Positions 48,903 to 57,787 of a stretch of DNA of 63,903 bases are shown here, piece by piece (the stretch's first letter is position 1; each line of letters begins with the position of its first letter). The DNA lies in IMG/VR virus record IMGVR_UViG_3300042898_001199, positions 1 through 63,903 of that record, one strand, 5' to 3'. This DNA is from a virus (Duplodnaviria > Caudoviricetes). The position numbers and the translations under genes were made by a program. The notes beneath the pieces were generated by a model that did not search any database, was not told the DNA's origin, and worked only from the letters and a program-made list of their open reading frames with translations.

Positions 48903-49560
48903 CTACATCCGGGAATATATTTCCTTTGTCTTGAAATTCTCTAATGTATTCTTCCGGTCTAATACCCAAAGAATCTAACAACGTAAATTCGGTTAACTCA
49001 TCTTCTAAATCCTTACTTTTTTCTCCTTGTAAAAATTCATTCTTAGAAGAAGTAATTTGACTCATCGTCATATTAATAATCTCTCTTCGAGTCTTCTCTG
49101 CTTGAACGATCTTTGCTTGAGCAACTTCATCCTCTGCCTCTAGTTTAATCTCTAACTCTGTGTAGCGCAAGAGAGCCTCCTCGGCAGACTTCCACACCAT
49201 GTACTGCTCACCACCCATAAGTAACAAGAAATATATTGCCCTTCTATTTACACCCTTAATTTTCCAAGACAACATGTCTGTAATATATTTTGGATAGGGA
49301 GGCTCAATATTTAAACACTGCATCGCCCACGTCTTCCTTCTTTTTAAATCGGGAATACCTTGCCCTGGAGATCCTAGGTCGTACATGTATATTAAATAAC
49401 GAAGCACAACATCTGGATCTAAATCTTTAGGCAAATCATTTGCTGAAAATATAACAGAGAACTTAGATAAATCTGAAAATTCAAATAAGACAGGCTGATC
49501 CATAGGTATCTTATGGATTGCATATTTTAACTTATCAAATTCGTTACTCTCGTACTTCAT
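48895..49560 (-). CDS. hypothetical protein, possible terminase small subunit
   Basis: helical protein overlapping the terL start; function from position only. Confidence 0.5.
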   Translation of the reverse strand: MKYESNEFDKLKYAIHKIPMDQPVLFEFSDLSKFSVIFSANDLPKDLDPDVVLRYLIYMYDLGSPGQGIPDLKRRKTWAMQCLNIEPPYPKYITDMLSWKIKGVNRRAIYFLLLMGGEQYMVWKSAEEALLRYTELEIKLEAEDEVAQAKIVQAEKTRREIINMTMSQITSSKNEFLQGEKSKDLEDELTEFTLLDSLGIRPEEYIREFQDKGNIFPDVDA

Positions 49561-50182
49561 ATCCCATTACTTCGTTATGTCTAATAAGATAATATCTGTC
49601 AGATAATCTTTTGTTTAAAGAGGCCTCCAAAGGAACCCCTGAGTTTTTTTTAACTTTTATATAACTACCCACTGTAGGTATAGCATCCGTGCCATAAACT
49701 AGTTCCTTTTCCGGGCTTGGACCTCCAACATGGGAGACTTTCCAAATATCTTCCTCATATTTATCTTCTTCGTAATTATCAAGAATAATAATTGTCTTGC
49801 TCTTTGGCTTGTTCTGTATTACAGGAAGGACTAAAGAAAAACCGTCTGGCGGTATTAATTTACCATCTCGAATTGTAAGGTAAACATATTCTGTATTTAT
49901 TAAGCATATTTGTAGTCCGTCTATGTAAACCACACGGGTAGATGCGTTTTCGGCACTCATGCCAAATACCGTTCTCATCTCTACATACTTAATAAATACA
50001 CGGTCTCCTTTTTTCCAACCCTTGTAATCTTCATGTACCGTGCAGTCTATATTAGTCCAATATTCTCCTTCCTCTCCATTTTGACGTATTACCAAATGAA
50101 TTTTCTGATCTCCTACATTAAAACCATCAGCCAAAGGATTTTTGTCATTTAAAACAACGGGCAAATAATTTAAATACTTCAT
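49544..50182 (-). CDS. tandem GroES-like-fold protein
   Basis: two segments resembling Cpn10 (KKGDRVFIKY; VGSYIKV..YYLIRHNEVMG). Confidence 0.45.
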   Translation of the reverse strand: MKYLNYLPVVLNDKNPLADGFNVGDQKIHLVIRQNGEEGEYWTNIDCTVHEDYKGWKKGDRVFIKYVEMRTVFGMSAENASTRVVYIDGLQICLINTEYVYLTIRDGKLIPPDGFSLVLPVIQNKPKSKTIIILDNYEEDKYEEDIWKVSHVGGPSPEKELVYGTDAIPTVGSYIKVKKNSGVPLEASLNKRLSDRYYLIRHNEVMGYEVRE

Positions 50183-50221
50183 ATAATCTTTTTTTTGTGT
50201 GTAAAATTGAAATACTTTTGT

Positions 50222-50293
50222 ACAGGACTGTTCTGGTCCTGTGTGTGTTTTTTATTTGTGTGCAGAAAGTGGGGGCAACGGTCCCCATTTTTT
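50222..50293 (+). ncRNA. candidate sRNA antisense to ACACACA leaders
   Basis: TACTTTTG at 50213-50220, 5' hairpin ACAGGAC/GTCCTGT, single-stranded GTGTGTTTTTTATTTGTGTG, plus-strand terminator TGGGGGC-AACG-GTCCCCA-T6 within a minus-strand gene block. Confidence 0.5.
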
Positions 50294-50294
50294 G

Positions 50295-50396
50295 TTAGTG
50301 ATTTCTTAACTGTGTAAAAGTGGTGGGCAACAACATTGCCTCTCTGCTGTTCTCTGTCTCATAGGCAGTGTCAAATGACAAAACGTGTAATTTCAT
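50295..50396 (-). CDS. 33-aa ORF (not in ORF track)
   Basis: MKLHVLSFDTAYETENSREAMLLPTTFTQLRNH with AAAACAC leader. Confidence 0.35.
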   Translation of the reverse strand: MKLHVLSFDTAYETENSREAMLLPTTFTQLRNH

Positions 50397-50415
50397 AGCT
50401 GTGAGTTATTGTGTT

Positions 50416-51573
50416 TTATTTAACATTGCTTTGTAAATATCCTTCAAGACCTTCATCATGGTTCCAAATAAACGCCTGAGCTGTTCTCAGTGCTTGATAA
50501 CCCATCTTCTTGTGCCATTCGTCTAACGCACAAATCGAAGGTAGAAATCTTACTTTCACACCTCGATATTCGTTTACCTGTTCTTTATGATAATGCCCAC
50601 AATGGGCCTCTCTAAATTCAGTCATCGCAAACATTTCCGGCTGCTCCGTAGCCATTATTAACGGCATATCAGAAGGCTTTTCATTATCTCCGTGAGTAAA
50701 CATTATCATGTTTTTTCCATACCTATAATATTTTCTAGGCGTTGTAGAGTTGTCTACATTAACATTGGGGTCGTTTCGATACCAACCTGCTATGACATCT
50801 CCAGCGTAAAACATTCTCTCGTAGTCGTGGTTGCCAGACACAACAATTATATCAACAGGAGCTACATCTTTCAAGAAATCTACCGCTCTAACTATTAGGG
50901 TCCAGTATCCTTTAAATGATTCTTTCCACCCTATGGTATCATGTTGAGGGGTTCCTTTTGTTGTAGCCATCCTCATGCCGTCTGTATTCATTCCATCGTT
51001 TCCAATTGGAAGAAGAATCTTCTCGATATTTATACCTCGACCTTTGTTGACTAAATCTTCAATTGTATCGAGAAATTGTTTTTCCATTTCCTCTAGGGTA
51101 ATGTCCGTCAACTTTCCATAATGAATATCAGGTAAAGATATTTCAAGAGTTGATTTTGTTTTGTAGTCGGGCCTTCTGCCTTTAGTTATTACTCTAGTTT
51201 TAGGGCTGTAACTAGCTGCAAATTCTTCAATATCATTTTGAATCTCTTCTACCGTCCTGTCATTTTTGGTAACTACAGAGAACCTTTGCTCTCCTTTCAT
51301 GTTTTGCCAATATTTAACAGAATTAACCATTGAATGGTCAATACCGTTTTTATCTAAATACTGCTCAAACTCAGTTATAACATTATCCGAATCGTTGGCC
51401 AATTCAACCTTTACTACTTTTCTATTAACTTGGTTTCTTTCGGCCCTTGCAGACTTCAATGCTGCTGTAGCGTCTTGTAAACTAACTTTAAATTTTCTTG
51501 CTATGTAACTTGGGCCTGACTTTAAGTAACCTGGCCTAGCGTGGAGTATCTGTACTAGTTTTGGGATTGTCAT
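50416..51573 (-). CDS. calcineurin-like metallophosphoesterase with N-terminal HTH-like region
   Basis: PDIHYG, GND, SGNHD, THGD, GHYH motifs. Confidence 0.85.
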   Translation of the reverse strand: MTIPKLVQILHARPGYLKSGPSYIARKFKVSLQDATAALKSARAERNQVNRKVVKVELANDSDNVITEFEQYLDKNGIDHSMVNSVKYWQNMKGEQRFSVVTKNDRTVEEIQNDIEEFAASYSPKTRVITKGRRPDYKTKSTLEISLPDIHYGKLTDITLEEMEKQFLDTIEDLVNKGRGINIEKILLPIGNDGMNTDGMRMATTKGTPQHDTIGWKESFKGYWTLIVRAVDFLKDVAPVDIIVVSGNHDYERMFYAGDVIAGWYRNDPNVNVDNSTTPRKYYRYGKNMIMFTHGDNEKPSDMPLIMATEQPEMFAMTEFREAHCGHYHKEQVNEYRGVKVRFLPSICALDEWHKKMGYQALRTAQAFIWNHDEGLEGYLQSNVK

Positions 51574-51589
51574 ATAGCTAATTTAAAAC

Positions 51590-51943
51590 TTAGTGGTTTG
51601 CGTTGTTGTGGAACTCGTTAGATTTTAAAAGCGTAAAATATTCTACAAAAGATTGGTATGGAGCGTCAATTATTAAAGGCTCTGTTGATCCTGTTATGTA
51701 TATTAAAGTTCTTGAACCTATTGACGTAGAACCATCGTTACGGAACTCCACATCTGCTTGTATTGCGGCAACCTTTGTAATATCAAAAATTATTGGAACA
51801 GAGTCTGTGTATACACTTTGTCCAGGGTTTGCTTCAATTTCTTCTTCGGTATTCCACACCACACAAACAGTAGCGCAAAGTACAGGAAGTGGTTTTTTAT
51901 CATCCTCTTCCTCTTCTCTCCTTTTTTTGGACTTAAAGAACAT
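51590..51943 (-). CDS. hypothetical protein
   Basis: start set at MFFKSKK; the longer track version crosses a terminator and the SSB gene. Confidence 0.65.
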   Translation of the reverse strand: MFFKSKKRREEEEDDKKPLPVLCATVCVVWNTEEEIEANPGQSVYTDSVPIIFDITKVAAIQADVEFRNDGSTSIGSRTLIYITGSTEPLIIDAPYQSFVEYFTLLKSNEFHNNANH

Positions 51944-51968
51944 ATGGTTAATTTTATCCAAAAATACA

Positions 51969-52000
51969 AAAATCCCCCTAAATAAGGGGGACTTTATTTT
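51969..52000. terminator. intrinsic terminator (possibly bidirectional)
   Basis: AAAATCCCCCT-AAATA-AGGGGGACTTTATTTT. Confidence 0.7.
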
Positions 52001-52004
52001 TAAC

Positions 52005-52349
52005 TTAGAATGGGAGGTCTCCGTCTTCTTTGTTTTGGTTTGTGGTCTGGGGGGTAGTTTCTGTTGGTACTGTTTCATTGTTGCTTGATTTAGATTCACC
52101 TTCAATCTTCCACGCCTGCAATGAGTTGTAGACCCTTCCATTATGCTCTCTTCCCTTGAGATTAAACTGTACATCAATCTCATCACCTACCTTATACGGG
52201 TCAATAATGAACGTGTTGTTGTTTATAAGTTGAAACTCAATGACCTCAGGGTACTTACCCTCGATCTCAAGAACAAATGTTCTAACAGCAAACTTGTCAC
52301 TCTTTTGTTCGGTCTGACCTACCGATTTGATTTTTCCTTTAATATTCAT
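52005..52349 (-). CDS. DUF3127-family single-stranded DNA-binding protein
   Basis: KYPEVIEFQ, FNLKGRE, YNSLQAWKI and acidic DLPF tail. Confidence 0.85.
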   Translation of the reverse strand: MNIKGKIKSVGQTEQKSDKFAVRTFVLEIEGKYPEVIEFQLINNNTFIIDPYKVGDEIDVQFNLKGREHNGRVYNSLQAWKIEGESKSSNNETVPTETTPQTTNQNKEDGDLPF

Positions 52350-52452
52350 TTTGTGTAATTTTGTTTGCAAATATATTTGTTTTATTTTTAAATACAATCT
52401 GTTGTTTTGTATACTTTTTAACAATTTGCTGTTTGTTTGTTATTAAAATTTA

Positions 52453-52485
52453 TTTGGAATATTTGTAAGAGTATCACTACATTTG
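52453..52485 (+). promoter_or_regulatory. promoter for the replication block (divergent from TATATTTG at 52375-52368)
   Basis: TTTG-N21-TACATTTG. Confidence 0.75.
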
Positions 52486-52516
52486 CAAAAGTAAAAACAC
52501 ACATAATAAAAAAACC

Positions 52517-52735
52517 ATGTTAAATATTGACAAAAACATTCCGATCCCAGATAGCAGTGGAAGAGGCCGCAAGACAGAATACATCTTGCCTGAATTAGAG
52601 GTTGGGGATTCTTTCTTTGTTAAAGGAGAGACCTCAAAGTACTTAGCTAAATTGTTCTACCAAAAGAAGAAAAGAAACTACGAGCTTACCGCAAGAACTA
52701 TGGAAGGCGGTGTTCGTATTTGGAGAGCAGCGTAA
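52517..52735 (+). CDS. small putative DNA-binding protein
   Basis: IDKNIPIP..LEVGDSFFV..GVRIWR, a common phage family pattern. Confidence 0.75.
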   Translation: MLNIDKNIPIPDSSGRGRKTEYILPELEVGDSFFVKGETSKYLAKLFYQKKKRNYELTARTMEGGVRIWRAA

Positions 52736-52745
52736 TAAGAATTTA

Positions 52746-52844
52746 TTTGTTTAGTTGGAGTCGAGGCCAACAAGTAAACAAGAATACTGGCCCTGTTGAA
52801 TGGTGTGAGACCTCGACCTCCCCATTCTTCGGGGCATTTTTTTT
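52746..52844 (+). ncRNA. kissing-loop two-hairpin RNA with terminator upstream of the initiator
   Basis: loop GTCGAGG (52760-66) complementary to loop CCTCGAC (52811-17); second hairpin followed by a T-run. Confidence 0.65.
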
Positions 52845-52852
52845 CACACACA

Positions 52853-53578
52853 ATGAATACAGGACAAATTGTAAGGGCAAAATCTATAAGAGATTTTACA
52901 ATGGTTAAGAACGATGTTCTTAGATCAAAAAGTTTAACAATAGAAGAAAGAGGTCTTCTTGTTTATCTACTTTCTTTACCAGAAGATTGGGTACTGTATA
53001 AATCAAAGTTACATGAAAATATGCCAGACTCTAAGGGTACTATTGATCGTGTGTTTAAAGGCTTGCAAGAAAAGGGATACATAGTATCTGTTAAAGTTAT
53101 TGAGCCTCAAACAAAAGTATTTAAAGGGTGGAATCACATTGTCTATGAAGATCCGATATTAGAAGAATCCGACACTCGGGAAAAGCCGACATCGGTGTTT
53201 GCCGACATCGGTCAAAGTATGCCTATACAAAGACAGAGTATTAATACAAATACAGATATAAATACAAATACTTTGGTGAAAAAACCGAAAAGTAGTTTTA
53301 TGCCACCTAAAGTAGAAGAAGTAAAAATGTTTTTTAAGGAGAAGGGTTATACAGAAGAAGCAGCGGTAAAAGCCTTTGACTATTACACAGATGGTAATTG
53401 GCACGACAAGAGTGGATCTCCCGTTAGAAATTGGAAACTCAAGATGCATGTTTGGTTTAAGGATGGTTATAAGATTCAAGAGGGCAAGATTAAGGTGAGA
53501 GATATTTTCGGAAGCACACACTTAAAAACACAAGAAGAAATAAATAGAGCTGAACCAGGATACTTCAAACAAATATGA
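52853..53578 (+). CDS. replication initiator (HTH, lambda O/DnaD-like architecture)
   Basis: FTMVKNDVLRSKSL..GLLVYLLSLPEDW N-terminus, internal repeats, FMPPKVEEV..FDYY..W..VRNWK C-terminus. Confidence 0.8.
   Translation: MNTGQIVRAKSIRDFTMVKNDVLRSKSLTIEERGLLVYLLSLPEDWVLYKSKLHENMPDSKGTIDRVFKGLQEKGYIVSVKVIEPQTKVFKGWNHIVYEDPILEESDTREKPTSVFADIGQSMPIQRQSINTNTDINTNTLVKKPKSSFMPPKVEEVKMFFKEKGYTEEAAVKAFDYYTDGNWHDKSGSPVRNWKLKMHVWFKDGYKIQEGKIKVRDIFGSTHLKTQEEINRAEPGYFKQI
53169..53271. repeat. iterons plus AT-rich tract: probable replication origin
   Basis: CCGACACTCGG 53169, GCCGACATCGGT at 53185 and 53201, then AATACA repeats inside the initiator gene. Confidence 0.65.
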
Positions 53579-55323
53579 GCAACTACCAAAAAATAACAGC
53601 ACTAGGAATTAAGTGCAAGGACATCTCAGGACAACAGAAAGTTAATTGCCCATTCTGTGTAGACGGGAGATCAAACAAAAAGGACAAGAGCCTATCTGTC
53701 AATGTGGAGATGGGTGTGTACAAGTGTCACTACCCAGCATGCTCCGCGTCAGAAGGTAAAAGCGTAAATCTAAATGAGAGAAAGGTAGAATATGTGAGAC
53801 CTATCTCTCGATTGCAAAAGGTAAGCGATAAGGTTGTCACTTGGTTTGAGTCGAGAGGTATATCCAACAATACCCTACTGCAATTTAAAATTACGGAGGA
53901 GGAGCAGTTCTTTCCTCAGGTTCAGAAATCTAGAAATGCAATCTGCTTTAACTATTTCAAGAATGATGTTTTAGTTAACGTAAAGTACCGCGATGCCGAA
54001 AAGAATTTCCGTATGGTTTCCGGGGCTGAATTGATTATGTACAACTTGACCTCATTAGAGGGCTATAAATGGTGCGTAATCGTTGAAGGTGAGATAGACT
54101 GTCTGTCAATGCATGAAAGTGGAATCTACCCCGTTGTGAGTGTCCCAAACGGGGCCTCTAAAGGTAATCAGAACTTAAAATACTTAGACAACTGTATTGA
54201 TGACTTTGCTGATAAGGAGAAAATCATCATTTTCACGGACAATGATTCGGCAGGACTCTCTCTACGCGATGAGCTAACAAGAAGACTTGGTAGAGAGAGA
54301 ATATGGTATGTAAATAGTATTGATGGTTGTAAGGATGCCAACGAGATACTTCTCACCTACGGGTCAGATATGCTACAAAAAGTAATAGCTGAAGCATATC
54401 AGATACCAATAGAGGGTATAGAAAAAGTAAATGACGTTAAGGATAAGATAAATGATATATATCTTAACGGTTTCCCAACAGGGCTTAAGGCCGGATATCC
54501 AATGCTTGATGAACATATTTCTTTCAGGGGTTCGGAGTTTACAATTATTACAGGCACACCTAACGCAGGGAAGTCTACATTTCTGAGTAATATCATTGTT
54601 AGACTTGCAGCAAAGCACTCGTGGAAGATAGCAATGTTTTCCCCAGAAAAGCAACCTACAGAGATTTTATTTACCGAGTTAGCTGAGTTATTTATCGGCA
54701 AGTCTTTCTTCTCCTATAATCCAATAAGCAAGATGACCGAGAGTGAGGTTGATAAGGCCCGTGAATTTGTGGAGGATATGTTCTTTTTCATGAAGATAGA
54801 TGAGATGGATGTAACCATAGACGGCATACTTGATAAGGCTGCCGAGCTTGTAAAGAGAAATGGAATTAACTGTCTTGTAATAGACCCGTGGAATTATGTA
54901 GAGCATCAGGTCCCAAAAGGAATGAGCGAGACACAATATATATCAGAGGCATTAACAAAAGTAAAAAGATTTAAAGATCGTTATGGAGTACACGTTTTCC
55001 TTGTCGCACACCCGACTAAAATTAGAAAAGAGAATGGAGCTTATGTTGTCCCTACTCTCTACGACATCGCTGGTTCAGCGCATTTCTTCAACAAATGTGA
55101 CAATGGTTTTGTGGTCTATAGAGATTACGCAACTGGAGAGACGCAGGTCCATATTCAGAAAATCAGGTGGTCTTTTGTGGGAAGAGTTGGAGAGGTTAGA
55201 TTCGTATACGATGTAAAATGTAAAAGATTTACAGAGATTGGAAGCGAAGAGAGATTTAGCCCATTGAATGATTACGAACAAAAGAACAATGAAGAATATG
55301 GAAACGAAGATATACCATTCTGA
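53575..55323 (+). CDS. primase-helicase (T7 gp4/Twinkle-like)
   Basis: Zn ribbon CPFC..CHYPAC, TOPRIM VEGEIDCLS/SVPNGA/FTDND, Walker A GTPNAGKS, LVIDPWN, LVAHP. Confidence 0.92.
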   Translation: MSNYQKITALGIKCKDISGQQKVNCPFCVDGRSNKKDKSLSVNVEMGVYKCHYPACSASEGKSVNLNERKVEYVRPISRLQKVSDKVVTWFESRGISNNTLLQFKITEEEQFFPQVQKSRNAICFNYFKNDVLVNVKYRDAEKNFRMVSGAELIMYNLTSLEGYKWCVIVEGEIDCLSMHESGIYPVVSVPNGASKGNQNLKYLDNCIDDFADKEKIIIFTDNDSAGLSLRDELTRRLGRERIWYVNSIDGCKDANEILLTYGSDMLQKVIAEAYQIPIEGIEKVNDVKDKINDIYLNGFPTGLKAGYPMLDEHISFRGSEFTIITGTPNAGKSTFLSNIIVRLAAKHSWKIAMFSPEKQPTEILFTELAELFIGKSFFSYNPISKMTESEVDKAREFVEDMFFFMKIDEMDVTIDGILDKAAELVKRNGINCLVIDPWNYVEHQVPKGMSETQYISEALTKVKRFKDRYGVHVFLVAHPTKIRKENGAYVVPTLYDIAGSAHFFNKCDNGFVVYRDYATGETQVHIQKIRWSFVGRVGEVRFVYDVKCKRFTEIGSEERFSPLNDYEQKNNEEYGNEDIPF

Positions 55324-55720
55324 TCCGGCCTTTCAATACGGGCTTAGACAAGTGGCAATTACGAAATGGAAAGATGGTGAGTTAATTGGCTCTAAGCAAG
55401 ACTTTTACGAAAATATTGAGGCTGTTTACATTTGTGTTGATAAAAAATATATTGAAATAGTTGAAGTTTTATTTGCATTCTGTGAAAAAAATGTTAGATA
55501 TTTGCGTAAATATAATTTAATACCTAAAGAAGTAAATGAAAGAATCAAACGAAGTGCAAGTATTAGGTCGTGTAAAGACCTTGGAATTTCGAAAGCCAGC
55601 GGCTCCAAAAAGTACAGAGATACATATATGCATAATCTCTATAAGTTCGTCTACTGGGAATTCATTCAGAGTCATACATGTGAGCAAGTAAAAGAAATGT
55701 TTAACCAAATAAATCAATAA
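55268..55720 (+). CDS. hypothetical protein
   Basis: ORF overlapping the helicase end; true start uncertain. Confidence 0.6.
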   Translation: MITNKRTMKNMETKIYHSDPAFQYGLRQVAITKWKDGELIGSKQDFYENIEAVYICVDKKYIEIVEVLFAFCEKNVRYLRKYNLIPKEVNERIKRSASIRSCKDLGISKASGSKKYRDTYMHNLYKFVYWEFIQSHTCEQVKEMFNQINQ

Positions 55721-55726
55721 ATAAAA

Positions 55727-56239
55727 ATGACAACAGAAAAAAAAGAAAAGACAATTCATTTTGGAGATATCTTAGAATATGTGCCAAATGATCGCAAGGA
55801 AAGATTCATTAGTGATTTAATCCTCTACGTTCCTCACTTAAAAGAAGAGGCCGATAAGTTTAGTCATGTAATTCACAATGTTGCCGTAGGAACTAATATG
55901 AGGAACTACATTAACCTTATGAAAGATGTGAGTCTAAAGGTTTATAACGCTACGGGGAAAAAAGATAGGAAGAGAGCAAACATTCTTTACAGACAGTTAA
56001 TGTATTGGATGATATACAAAACATTACCTGTAACATTAGAAGGTATTGGTGACGAGTTTGAAAATAAAAAACACGGTACTATTTTACATGGCATTAAGAT
56101 GTTTGAAAATACGATGGAGACATCGTGGAAAGATAGAATGGTTGTCCAGTACTTTGTCGAGAAAATGGAAGAACTCGGATACCCACAGCCTAGACAGGCA
56201 TACAGAGAATTATTTTTTAAGTTAAACATTCAACACTAA
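55727..56239 (+). CDS. protein with DnaA C-terminal-like HTH domain
   Basis: RQLMYW..TLEGIGDEF..KKHGTILHG resembles DnaA domain IV. Confidence 0.65.
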   Translation: MTTEKKEKTIHFGDILEYVPNDRKERFISDLILYVPHLKEEADKFSHVIHNVAVGTNMRNYINLMKDVSLKVYNATGKKDRKRANILYRQLMYWMIYKTLPVTLEGIGDEFENKKHGTILHGIKMFENTMETSWKDRMVVQYFVEKMEELGYPQPRQAYRELFFKLNIQH

Positions 56240-56244
56240 AAAAA

Positions 56245-56481
56245 ATGGAGATTACAATTGAAAAGCCGCATCAGACTATTTACCATTTTAACGGTGAAGT
56301 TATTTTAGATATGAAGTATGAATACACTCTTACTAAGATTGTCAATTTCACAGGAACATCATATGAGGTAGAAGCTCATCCATCTTCAAATGAGACAAAT
56401 TGGGGAAACTGGAATGAATTAAAAAAACAATTTGTTGAGGATATCATTGTTAAACACTACGAGACACATGGAGCAGAGTAA
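56245..56481 (+). CDS. hypothetical protein
   Basis: ORF in operon. Confidence 0.65.
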   Translation: MEITIEKPHQTIYHFNGEVILDMKYEYTLTKIVNFTGTSYEVEAHPSSNETNWGNWNELKKQFVEDIIVKHYETHGAE

Positions 56482-56707
56482 GACCACTATAAGCAAAGTA
56501 AAGTACAATTACAAGGATGAAAAAAGTTCAAATACTCTTGAAGCAGTAATTGCAGACCTTCGCAAAAGGGAGGAAAAAGGTTTGAAAGAATATGGGACCA
56601 CCGTTGATCGAAAAGACTTAATTTTGAAAGATTGGATAAAAGAAGCCTATGAAGAAGCCCTCGACCTTGCCGTCTACCTACGAAGAGCTATGGATGACAT
56701 ACAATGA
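56468..56707 (+). CDS. MazG-like helical phage protein
   Basis: GLKEYGTTVDR..WIKEAYEEALDLAVYL. Confidence 0.55.
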   Translation: MEQSKTTISKVKYNYKDEKSSNTLEAVIADLRKREEKGLKEYGTTVDRKDLILKDWIKEAYEEALDLAVYLRRAMDDIQ

Positions 56708-56775
56708 AGAAACAGAGACTTACACCCCAGTAATTGTCACTTTAATGGATTACGACTACGAAGAAAATAAAAAAT

Positions 56776-56919
56776 ATGGAAAATAACTTGCCTTTTTTAA
56801 AGCACCTGATCAAGAACATGCATCCCGAATGGAGCGATGCTCAAATTGAAATGGAAGCTATCCGTGTTTTAAATTCTAATGATGAGGAAGAAGAGGGGTG
56901 TCTTTATTGCGGATCGTAA
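56776..56919 (+). CDS. 47-aa protein ending CLYCGS (not in ORF track)
   Basis: A-rich leader; acidic stretch followed by CxxC. Confidence 0.55.
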   Translation: MENNLPFLKHLIKNMHPEWSDAQIEMEAIRVLNSNDEEEEGCLYCGS

Positions 56920-56943
56920 CAAACTCTTGTTAATATCTTTTAA

Positions 56944-56973
56944 TTGACTTTATAAAATTCTTTTATATCTTTG
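56944..56973 (+). promoter_or_regulatory. Bacteroidota-type promoter
   Basis: TTG-N19-TATCTTTG. Confidence 0.65.
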
Positions 56974-56982
56974 TAAAAGAAT

Positions 56983-57189
56983 ATGAACACACACACGCTG
57001 ATTCTGGCTACAATTTTACTAGCAGGATGTCAAGAAACAAAATGTCTGGATGATAAGCGCATTCACGATCTCACCTCAACGGAGGTGGAAAGTGTTGACT
57101 CTTTACTAATAAAACAGTGCCAAGAATCAGGTGTTGATTATAACACGGTAGGTACCACAACAGATCCTACAGAAGAAGAACTTAACTAA
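56983..57189 (+). CDS. small lipoprotein
   Basis: signal peptide with lipobox LLAGC. Confidence 0.7.
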   Translation: MNTHTLILATILLAGCQETKCLDDKRIHDLTSTEVESVDSLLIKQCQESGVDYNTVGTTTDPTEEELN

Positions 57190-57301
57190 AATAAAATTTT
57201 ATTATGAACAATTGGTTGTTAACATCTATAATCATTTCTGTAATAGTAGTGATTATATCATACTTAAATAATGGTGATGACAATAAAAATGGTTTTGCCT
57301 C

Positions 57302-57787
57302 ATGACCATTACGCTAAACGAATCTGAAGTACATTTTCTTAGAACATTTGCATCGACAAGATCTTTTTTTAGTAGGAAGAAAAATGTCGTAGACCAAAAG
57401 TTTGCCTCAGACAAATCTGGTTTTGAAATAGACTTTGATGGGTGTCTCTCAGAGTATGCTTTTTGTAAGTGGCACAACATACATTTTAGTTTATCCTTTG
57501 GAGACGATACAGCAGGTCAACCTGATTGTATATATAAAGATTTGACAATAGACATCAAAAGCACTCGCCTACCAAATGGCCGCATGATTGTCAAGTTAAA
57601 TCCTCAGCCGATGGATATGTATATCCTTGCCATAGTAGAGGATGACTACACAATTCGCTTTGCTGGATACGCTCGCTCGGAGGATATAAAAAAAGAAGAG
57701 AATATTCGTAACATGGGAACAGGAGACTCGTATGTATTAGACCAACATCAACTATTAAAATTTAAAGAAAATGGCAAAACTAAATGA
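57302..57787 (+). CDS. PD-(D/E)xK-like nuclease-fold protein
   Basis: GCLSEYAF..QPD..IDIKST. Confidence 0.55.
   Translation: MTITLNESEVHFLRTFASTRSFFSRKKNVVDQKFASDKSGFEIDFDGCLSEYAFCKWHNIHFSLSFGDDTAGQPDCIYKDLTIDIKSTRLPNGRMIVKLNPQPMDMYILAIVEDDYTIRFAGYARSEDIKKEENIRNMGTGDSYVLDQHQLLKFKENGKTK

Noticed and set aside
52796-52852. N-terminal extension of the initiator given in the ORF track
   Set aside because: It overlaps the structured RNA/terminator; the ATG at 52853 has the typical CACACACA leader
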